Below are positions 51,966-61,559 of a stretch of 64,000 nt of DNA, piece after piece (the first letter of the stretch is position 1; each line of letters opens with the position of its first letter). The notes under the pieces were generated by a model. It ran no database searches. It had not been told where the DNA came from and worked only from the letters and a program-made list of their open reading frames with translations. The position numbers and the translations under genes were made by a program. This DNA comes from Eledone cirrhosa (lineage: Eukaryota): the NCBI GenBank assembly GCA_964016885.1, contig OZ024744.1, positions 117,614,001 to 117,678,000 on the forward strand, given 5' to 3'.

Positions 51966-52490
51966 AGTGGCTGTCTAAGGGAACCTCTGTATGCTGATTA
52001 TCTACTTCTTATAGCTAAATCTGGAAGAGCAAGAGAAGAAATTTCAGCTTTGGAAACAGAACTTAGAACCAAAATGGAAAAACTGAAAGGAGACAAGGGA
52101 ATGCTTGATATGTAGAAAAGGAGTAGGTAGAAACTGTATACGACCGACACAATGTAAAACATGGATACACAAGATGTGTAGTAGGATAAGAGGAAGACTT
52201 TATATGTAGTAGTTGCACAGAGATAATAGTAGGAGTATCAGTGAAATAATCTGTTTTTCTAAACCATAACAGTAATTGATAGCTTCAGCTACCTAGGTGA
52301 CCTAATTAGCCGGGGAGGGGGTTGTTCTGAGAACATAGTAGCTAGAATAAGGAGAGGATGGGAAAGGTTTAGGGAGCTACTACTTCTGTTGACAACAAAT
52401 GAAAGACCAGCTATATCAAGCAGTATCGGTTATATGGAGAATGGAGAGAAATGAAGCAAGCTTGGTTTGATGTATGTGTGATGGTAATAT
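51966..52490 (+). pseudogene. Degraded RTE-clade LINE RT fragment
   Basis: SGCLREPLYADYLLLIAKS (decayed YADD), KKFQLWKQNLE, VIDSFSYLGDLISRGGGCSENIVARIRRGWERFRELL and MERNEAS. Confidence 0.75.
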
Positions 52491-52890
52491 GTCCAAAAAA
52501 AAAAGAAGGAATCTTCATACACAGAAAAAAAGAATGTATTCAGCAGAAGACATTATGGAAAGTTCTAAACATAAAAAAAAATTAAAAGAATCAATTTTCA
52601 AATCAATTATCGACTCCGTAAGGACGAAAGGAAAAGTTAACCCCTGGTGGGATACTGCCAATCCACCACACTTTCTTATAATGTGTTGAAAATACGACAC
52701 CTCCTAACACCGTGTTTCAACACAAAGAAATATGGGGAAGAAAAACCCCACAAAACTTGTAGTGTTAAGAGATGTGGTTGACCTAAGATAGCAGAGATAT
52801 ATTTTATTAGGAAGCAGGTGCCTAACATAAGCGTTGGAGTAACCTGGACACATTGAAACACCAACAGGTAATGGATTTGCCTCTCTGTGT

Positions 52891-53012
52891 ATATCATGAC
52901 TCACACTGTTCATTTTCCTGACATTTGTACATTATTCTATGTACTATACATGCACCTTTGATGAATTGTAGTGCACCTGGGCACTGTACACAATAATTTT
53001 CATTATTATTAT
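52891..53012 (+). mobile_element. Isolated 3' UTR/tail of the CR1-like LINE
   Basis: Reverse complement of 54826-54953, ending in (ATT)n. Confidence 0.75.
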
Positions 53013-53078
53013 CCTTAATGTCTACTTTATGTAAACCCTTGTGGTTAATAAAGAAATCATTATTATTACTCCCCCTAA

Positions 53079-53275
53079 AAGGCGGTATATTGGCAGTATC
53101 GGTAGAGGGTTGGACGCCATGCTTTGACGCATAGAGTTACGACCCTTGCCATTCTGAGTTCAAATCCTGCCGAGGTTAACTTTGCCTTTTATCCTTATGG
53201 GGTCGATAAAATAAAGTACCAGTAATACACTGACATAATTGCTGACCTTGTGCCAAAAGTAGAAACAATTATTAT
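53079..53275 (+). mobile_element. tRNA-derived SINE, full length, with TSD
   Basis: A and B boxes present, with ATTATTATTACTC on both sides. Confidence 0.88.
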
Positions 53276-53380
53276 TACTCTCCATCTCAGCTCCCTAGCT
53301 TACTCTTCTTACCTTTCCCTGAACAACAGGCACTACAGAAATCTACGCAATCCACCCTATATCCTTTATTTAGTATAGTA

Positions 53381-53526
53381 CTAGCAGAATGGCCCGGCGG
53401 TGCTCGGAACTTGCTCTAGGGTTCTTATATATTTGATATATATTTATCTTTATCGAGCCTCGTGAAATAAATAGGTTTGTTTATATTTTGTTATTGTGTA
53501 TGCAAAAATATCTGTACACGAATATA

Positions 53527-53576
<50 letters not shown>

Positions 53577-54074
53577 TAACGGATTAAAGTTCAAGCAAAG
53601 AATCACTGCTTTCACACTTAACGGGATCTTCTGAAACTAAAAAAAATCAATCTGTGAATACAGAAGTAAATATTTCGAAAAACGTTACAACCGAAGGAAA
53701 ACAGGAAGACAATACTTTGGTTTGTGAAGACGTTTCCTGGCATAAGAAAATATATATACACACACACTATATATACATATATATACACACACACTGATCA
53801 CGTCATAATGACGTAATGCAGACAGCCAGACATACAGACAGATATTATAAGGGCGCGACGTTATATCTATGTATCTATCTAAAAAGAAAGACTAAGAGAG
53901 AGATAAATCGCCTAGTGTTGTCCCAAGGCCATTGAAAATTTGAAAGTTTTTTCTCAAAACACTCACAGAACCATAAGTATTACATGTGAAAAGTTTCAAA
54001 ACAATCGGTTGGGTGGTTCTCGAGTTTTAGTGAGCTGACAAACAGACAAACATTCTCTGTTTTAGATATATAGA
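53381..54074 (-). mobile_element. Non-autonomous Helitron (694 bp)
   Basis: Minus strand reads A|TCTATATATCTAAAAC at the 5' end and the hairpin CCGAGCACCGCCGGG then CTAG|T at the 3' end. It shares three internal blocks with the 27580 Helitron. Confidence 0.85.
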
Positions 54075-54199
54075 TGATTGATAACATTCAATGTCAAGAT
54101 ACTCCAGCTTTTGATGGTAATGCCTGGTCATTTGTAGGTTGTTGCATTTGAGGACTCAGTCCTTACGATCCTTTATGGTCTGCATAAAAACGGCCAATA

Positions 54200-54325
54200 G
54201 CATGGCTTAGGGGTTAGAGCATTGGGCTTGCAATCGACAGGTTGTGAGTTCAATTCTCGGACCGGGTGATGTGCAAGACACTATATTTCACGTTGCTCCA
54301 GTTTACTCAGCTGTAGAAATGAGAT
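54200..54325 (+). mobile_element. Second tRNA-derived SINE family, fragment
   Basis: TGGCTTAGGGGTTAGAGC A-box, GAGTTCAATTC B-box and GCAAGACAC..TTTCACGTTGCTCC core. Related pieces lie at about 61255-61310 and 61460-61510. Confidence 0.6.
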
Positions 54326-54459
54326 GATAGGACTGGGGTCCCTATCATTAAATCAACCAAAACACCTCCAACGAGACAGCTAAACCTGCATAGGTGTGAG
54401 CTGTCACACACACACAATAGCACAGTGATCATACAAAAGATTTGTATCTGTGCGAAGAA

Positions 54460-54825
54460 GTGGTAGTGGTAGACCAAGAAAAACTTGGGCAGATAGAGAA
54501 GACTGCAGGGGTATAGACATGTGATGTGAATGGATGGTGATTGTTGGGTGAAGAAGTGTCAGGAGTTCCCAGTGGAAGGTAGCTACAGTAGAGGAAGACC
54601 TGGGTAGAGAGAGATGACTGCACTGGTATAGACATGTGATGTGTATGAATGGTGATTTTTGGGTGAAGAAGTGTCAGGAGTTCCCAGTGGAAGGTAGCTA
54701 CAGCTACAGTAGAGGAACACCTGCGCAGAGAGAGAAGACTGCACTGGTATAGACATGTGACGTGTATGGATGATGATTGTTGGGTGAAGAAGTGTCAGGA
54801 GTTCCCAGGGGAAGGTAGCAACAGT
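54460..54825 (+). repeat. ~115-121-bp tandem triplication of an RTE ORF C-terminal segment
   Basis: GACTGCA recurs at 54501, 54616 and 54737. The unit translates LHWYRHVMCMNGDFWVKKCQEFPVEGSYSRGRP. Confidence 0.8.
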
Positions 54826-56560
54826 GATAATAATAATAATGAAATTATTGTGTAAAGTGCTCAGGTGCACTACAATTCATCAAAGGTGCATGTATAGTAT
54901 ATGGAATAATATACAAATGTCAGGGAAGTGAATAGTGTATGAGTCATGATATACATGTTTGCATGTGTATGGAGGGGGATTATTAGGTGTAGTGTCGTCG
55001 AAACTCAGGAAGCATGGAGGCCTTAAAGGATGCAGTGTCTCGGCAGCTAACAACTGATGTAGTTAGTTTTTTCCATGCTTCAGCAACTCTGAGCATGAAT
55101 AAATGTTTCTGAAAGTCATGGGAACTGTGCTGTTTTCTGACTTTGTTGGCATGCCCACATGTGTTAAACACATGGAAATCCAAAAAGGTGCCCAGTGTTG
55201 TTGTTGGCAAGATGGTTAATAATCTTGTGGGTGTTTCCCAAGTCAGTTGCCAGACGTCGGAGCTTCAATGTATCCATGCCCAGGGAAGCAAGGTGTTCAG
55301 AGTATGGTAGATGAGTGATGGAGGGTATTCACTTGATTGCACATCTCTGAACAGTTTCCAGGAAGTCAATATTCTGAGCAAGATAGGGGTTCCAGACTGG
55401 TGATGCAGATTTTAAGTGTGGCCGCACCATAGCTATATACAGCTTTAAATAGATAGCTGGAGAGCAGCTGACAAATGTCTTGCTGAGTGATGCCAAGACA
55501 CCCTTGGCTTTCTTGACAATTTTAGAGACGTGCTTCGTCCAACGCAAATTGCTGCTGACAGTAATGCCCAGGTCACGTTCACAAGAGGACTTCTTGAGAT
55601 TGGTGTTGTGAAGGGATTATGTGGATGCTGGGTTTTTACTCCCAAAGTGCATGTTGGTACACTTGTCCACAGCCAACTTCAGTTGCCAGTCCGTGATCCA
55701 TTGTTGCATTGTGTCCAGGTCAGATTGTAAGAAAGATCTATAGTGTTCAGGATCGGTCCCTTTTATCTCAAGGTACATCTCATACGGTGAGGAATGTTGT
55801 CCTAGAACTGTGACTACCTCTCTTCGACTGAGAATGAAGGACTTCAACCAGTTAAAAAGATCATCCTTCACACCCATTGCAGAGAGTTTTGCCATAATTC
55901 TTTTGTGTGGCACAGAATTGAAATCTTCAGCAAAGTCAAGGTAAATAACATCCACCCATGAGCCGCCATCAGTGATGTCTTTAAGAAACTCGATAAGTTG
56001 ATCACAGAGTTGGAGTTAGGGATAAATCGAAATTGTGAGGGCCGGATAAGACTATGAGAGTTCCATAAATTCCAAAGTGTTTCTCTGACACAGGATTCCA
56101 TCAGTCTGGCAATGCAGCTAATAAGACTGACTGGACGATAATTGACAAGTGATGTGCGGTCACCCTTTTAGAACAGTTTTCCACTGTTCTGGAGTAGCAC
56201 TGTTGTTCAGACAGAATTGAAAGAAGAGTGATAGCTGGTGCAGAAGGAAGTACCCACCATATTTGAGAAGCAGTTACATAACACCATCAAAACCAGGAGA
56301 GGCATCGATGCGTTTATTTTTAAGGTGACGTCGCAACATTGCAGGTGTAAATTTCATAGTTGTTATAGAACTTGATATCAGAGGTGGTGGAGATGGTACA
56401 CTTTGGTCTTCAACAGTGAAAATGTCTGCATAGCATTCAGCAATGAGTTCTGCACATTTATTGGGCTCATCAGTAATCTGGCTTCTGTGGGGATTGCGAA
56501 GAGGACCAACTGGAGAGTGAGGCCTCTGCTTTGAGTGAACATACTTCCAGAATACCTTAC
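54826..56560 (-). mobile_element. 5'-truncated, degraded CR1-clade LINE
   Basis: FWKYVHSK, ASPGFDG, DVIYLDFAEDFNSVPHKR, LQSDLD..W, VRPHL..ASPVWNPY and RVAEAW fragments, with an (ATT)n tail. Confidence 0.88.
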
Positions 56561-56597
56561 TGTCAGGGTTGGTTGCTAGCATACTTCCAGAACACCG

Positions 56598-56876
56598 AGG
56601 AAGACCAAGGTATACCTGGAGAGAGAGAAAAGACTGCATTGGTATAGACATGTGAAGTGTATGGATAATTATCACTGTGCCAGGAAATCCCTGTAAGAGA
56701 AAGCCAGAGTAGAGGTAGACCAAGGAAGACCTGAGCAGAGGTTGTGAGAGCTGATCTCAAATCACTGAGACTCACAGAGGAGATAATGAAAGAACATAAC
56801 AAGAAGAGAGATGCTGTGAAAAGGACCCATCCAACTCATGCCAGCATGGAAAAACAGATGTAAATCCGATGATGAA
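56598..56876 (+). mobile_element. 3' end of an RTE-clade LINE
   Basis: A fourth LHWYRHV unit, then RGRPRKT*AEVVRADLKSLRLTEE, and the tail CATGCCAGCATGGAAA..(GAT)n. Confidence 0.75.
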
Positions 56877-57526
56877 TTTAAAAGTGAAAGATAACAGAAA
56901 AATGTTTAATAATTTTAAGATGTATTTTTTTTTTTTAAATTCCAACATGATGAAAGGATTATACAAGGGTAAGTAAAAAATGATCTCCACTTTCACCATA
57001 TCTTTAGGTTTATCACACTGACTTCTGCTCATGTGTGGTTTTAGTTGGTACTATTGTGGCCATCTGATCAAAGTTTGAGCTTGATTGCACCAGTTTTCTT
57101 GCTGTTGTTACAGTGTAAACATGGCGACTAGCAGTGGACATCAGATCGATAAAATAATTTATGTGATATTTATAATGCATATGTGGTGTTTCGGTTGGGC
57201 CTCGCAGACAAAATGACATTCCAGACAATGGCCAGCAACACCCACTGCAACAGCCACCTCATGGGCAGTTTCAGGAGGTTTATCACCCAAAGGATGAAGT
57301 CTCATACTACAACCCAAATTAAAAGAATGCTGCATCCATTACTATACGGGAGTCAGCTGATATTGATAGAGTGATGCTAGAGCTGTGAATTCTTGTATAC
57401 ATTAATTTCAACTCTTCTTACTAATAACTGCATTGTCTCTTTCTAGGAACTATGCTGAAAAATAAATCTCATTTGGTCATCCCATGAGAGTATCTTGGTC
57501 AGCCTATGAAGTTTTCAGCAACTTCT

Positions 57527-59497
57527 CTGAATTGAGAGATCACAGCTCTGATACTATGGACTTGTGGTTAGAATGTCTCAGGAAAGAATCTCTAGATTGA
57601 GAGATCACAGCTCTGATATGGTGAACGTAATTTGTTTGAGTAGACACAAACACAAACACATATATATATGTATGTGGACAGTATGAGATGAAAGAATGGT
57701 ATTTAACTAATGTAATGGTAAGTGATGGGGCCCACCCACAGCCCCGGCAGACAGAATGGAGAAGGCCTTTCCCCGGAGGACGGCAAGGGAGATGCGCTGG
57801 AAAAGCCACTCCAACTCGCAGGGCTCACACCTACGGCTGGCCAGCTCAGCCCCTATGGTGGTGAGTAAGGAGGTAGCCCTGGGGCCGAGGACACCAGACG
57901 TTTCCACTGCCAGGGGAATGACCGCAAACCTGTCGGAGAGCGACCTGTATTTGAGGAGTTTGGCTCCCTCAGCCCGACGTACAGCACAACCTGGGTCAGT
58001 CGCAGACTGCACCAGGTTGCGACTGCAGAATGTGTCGGTGCAAGTGGCATCCCAGACGAGGGGTTTGCCACCGCGGAACAGGAAGATGGTCATGCCATCT
58101 GGCCTTTTGCCATCCCCTCGATCCAGCCCCACCGGCTCGAGCTGGGAAGGGAAGCCTGCAGCGTCGAAGCCATGCTTAATGACCTCGTTGAGGGCAGCAT
58201 GGCGTGGAATGCTGCTGGCACTGTGGCGACAAGAAAGCGGGTGGAGGCCGAAAGAGTCCACGGTGGAACCGCAGCGACATTGGTGTGGCTGGCAGATCCG
58301 GAGGCCAAGCTTCAGGGAAATGCCGATTCGCAGGCTATGGTTGTCTAGCTGCGTGCCAGTGGAGAAGGAGGGCAGGGCATGGAGCCAGGCACCACTGTGG
58401 GGTTTGGAGGCCGCACGAAAACAAGCAAGGCAGTGCTGGTTGACCTGGCGCGTGAGCCTGTCTGAAGCCAGGCTGCACTGGATGGCATCCCAAGTACGTT
58501 GGGGGACTTGACGTCAACAGGGGGAGAAGTAGGAAGGATGTCTACTGGGCTAAGTCCCAGCCGGTCCCACGTCTCACAGGCGGCCTCACGTTCTCTGAAC
58601 ACAGAGGGTTCTGTTGTGTTTTGAAGAACCCTGTTGACGAGGACGCGGCACGAGGTTACCGACGAAAGATATCTGAATTGAGAGATCAGAGCTCTGATAC
58701 TATGACATGTTGTTAGAATGTCTCAGGAAAGAATCTCTGAATTGAGAGATCACAGCTCTGATACTATGACATGTGGTTATAATATCTCAGGAAAGAATCA
58801 CTGTATTGAGAGATCACATTTCTGATACTATGACATGTGGTTAGAATATCTCAGGAAAGAATCACTGTATTGAGAGATCACAGCTCTGATACTATGACAT
58901 GTGGTTATAATATCTCAGGAAAGAATCACTGTATTGAGAGATCACATTTCTGATACTATGACATGTGGTTAGAATGTCTCAGGAAAGAATCACTGTATTG
59001 AGAGATCACAGCTCTGATACTATGACATGTTAGAATGTCTCAGGAAATAATCTCTGTATTGAGAGATCACAGCTCTAATACTATGGACATGTGGTTAGAA
59101 TGTCTCAGGAAAGAATCACTGTATTGAGAGATCACAGCTCTGATACTATGACATGTTAGAATGTCTCAGGAAATAATCTCTGTATTGAGAGATCACAGCT
59201 CTAATACTATGGACATGTGGTTAGAATGTCTCAGGAAAGAATCACTGTATTGAGAGATCACAGCTCTGATACTATGACATGTAGTTAGAATGTCTCAGGA
59301 AAGAATCACTGTATTGAGAGATCACAGCTCTGATACTATGACATGTTAGAATGTCTCAAGAAATAATCTCTGTATTGAGAGATCACAGCTCTGATACTAT
59401 GACATGTTAGAATGTCTCAGGAAAGAATCTCTGAATTAAGAGACAACAGCTCTGATACTATGACATGTGGTTAGAATGTCTCAGGAAAGAATCACTG
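57527..59497 (+). repeat. 61-65-bp minisatellite derived from an RTE ORF, split by the CRE insertion (57527-57619 and 58672-59497)
   Basis: GAGAGATCACAGCTCTGATACTATG(G)ACATGTGGTTAGAATGTCTCAGGAAAGAATCACTGTATT, with about 13 copies in the right arm. Confidence 0.92.
57620..58671 (-). mobile_element. 5'-truncated CRE-like non-LTR retrotransposon (zinc knuckle and restriction-like endonuclease)
   Basis: QRTWD..SGAWLHALP..CQPHQCRCG..HPLSC..RHAALN..KRPDG..LVWDATCTDT..KLLKY..PLAVETSGVLGP..FQRISLAV. The frame is open from about 58501 to 57707, with a frameshift near 58505. Confidence 0.85.
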
Positions 59498-59690
59498 GAC
59501 AGATTTTATGAGCAAAACCAACTGGCAGGAGACCCAGGGGTAGACCCTGAGCAAGATGGTTGGATAACATCTATGAGCTCGGCTGGTCTCACTTGGGGAT
59601 CCAGCTGGATCAGTTGGAGATGGTTGCTTCTGACAGGACCTGCTGGAAGGAATGTTTCGGGACTTGACCCCGTGATCCTACAGGAATGAG
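59498..59690 (+). pseudogene. C-terminus of a second RTE-clade LINE
   Basis: KPTGRRPRGRP*ARWLDNIYELGWSHLGIQLDQLEMVASDRTCWK, followed by (GT)n. Confidence 0.75.
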
Positions 59691-60589
59691 TGTGTGTGTG
59701 TGTGTGTGTGTGTGTTGAAGAAGGGTGGGGTGGAGGGTGGGGGTGGAAGAAGTTTCTATATATACAATATCTGACCTCAAACCACTCTTTGTGATGATTT
59801 CTGATTGTTTTGCTGACCCTGGGACTTATGATGTACACAGGTACCACACAGGTGATATGAACCTGAAACCATATGACTGCCAAGTTAAGAACTCCTTAAC
59901 TAGACAATCATACCTGCCTCTATTGAAGATACTGACCAGATTTACATGCTTTTGTGGAATATCTTCTTTTACTGTTTGCGCCATTTTCTTTTCTCTTTTC
60001 TTATTTTGTTCCAAATGCCTGAAGCAGTATGTGGATATTTCACTGATGCTCCATAAAATAAACTCTCTAAAGGAACATGTTTTCTGCTGTGTGACAGCTT
60101 CCTGTTTCTCTTCTAATGAGAATGTTTATCACAAAAGCAATCAAACAAACATTACAAACACCATCTTCAACTGTTTCTCACTTCCACTTATTTTTTCAAA
60201 TTTCTTGTCAATGTATATTTTTGTCATAAGACAACATGTCTAATCATGTAATTTTCTTAAGAAAATCAACTTGTTCTCTCTCTTTTGTTATCTCCTCTCA
60301 GGATTATGAAACTCAAAGGAAAGAGCCAAAACACTGTTTAACCTATGTAAACATAGAAAACTGACATAAAACAACAATAATTATCCCAATATTTATTCTC
60401 TACGTGAATATATTTAAATGGCATCAGCAACACTGGTTAAATAAGCTAAGTGGAGACATTAGGACATTAGGACACAGTTGTTGACATTAATCAGCAATGC
60501 ATGTTACTGCAACCTTCAGAGTACATGAAGAAACCTTATTTTCATAAGAAATGAATTCCATGCACGTACATGTACACGCATGTACATAG

Positions 60590-61190
60590 ATCTTACATAC
60601 CACATGATACATACATGTAACAACCACATGATACATACATATTACATACCACTTGACACGTGTACATAAATGTTACATACCACATGATACATACATGTTA
60701 CACACCACATGATACATACATGTTACACACCACATGGTACATACATGGTATATACATGTTACACACTACATGTTACACACCACATGGTAAATACATGGTA
60801 CATACATGTTACACACTACATGTTACACACCACATGATACATACATGTTACACACTACATGTTACACACCACATGGTACATACATGGTACATACATGTTA
60901 CACATGACATGTTACACACCAAGTGGTACATACATGGTACATACATGGTACATACATGGTACATACATGGTACATACATGTTACACGCAACATGTTACAC
61001 ACCACATGGTACATACATGGTGCATACATGTTACGCACTACATGTTACACACCACATGGTACATACATGTTACACACTACACGTCACATTTTACACACCA
61101 CATGATACATATCACATGTTACACACTACACGTCACATGTTACACACCACATATCACATATTACACACTACATGATACATACATGTAACA
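60590..61190. repeat. Low-complexity CA/TG-rich compound minisatellite
   Basis: Mixed ACATGTTACAC, ACCACATGGT and ACATACATGGT units. Confidence 0.9.
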
Positions 61191-61559
61191 CAGTAAATGA
61201 CACAAACTTCAAGACATTTTTTTTGTACAATTGACAACACCCCTGATCTCATTCATTAGAGAATCAGATTCGCAATCGTGAGGTTGTGAGTTCGATTTCT
61301 GGATGGGTGAAGCATTATAAAGATGTATATACATATGTTCCTCGGCAAGATCCCAGACCATACTGAGTTAGGTGGAACTCGTCAGATCAGACCATGGAAA
61401 CAATATTTCCGTTGGACTTTCCATTACTGATACAATCTGTTAGTCACAACTCTTGGCAGAAAGAGCAACGTGAAATTAAGTGTCTTGCTCAAGGACACAG
61501 CACATCACACAGTCATATTCTCTGCATGTAAAGCCTATGTTCTCCAACTCTGCAACATT

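Noticed and set aside
57005-57390. Possible host exon or processed pseudogene in higher-complexity sequence
   Set aside because: The frames I translated contain stops and I recognise no motif. A BLASTx search would be needed to assign it.
57756-58511. 251-aa plus-strand ORF
   Set aside because: It is an antisense shadow of the GC-rich CRE-like ORF.
59725-60300. 172-aa ORF as a host gene
   Set aside because: No recognisable domain, it starts in a G-rich simple repeat, and I see no convincing splice context.
60660-61188. His/Thr/Met-rich ORFs
   Set aside because: They are translations of a low-complexity ACAT-based repeat.
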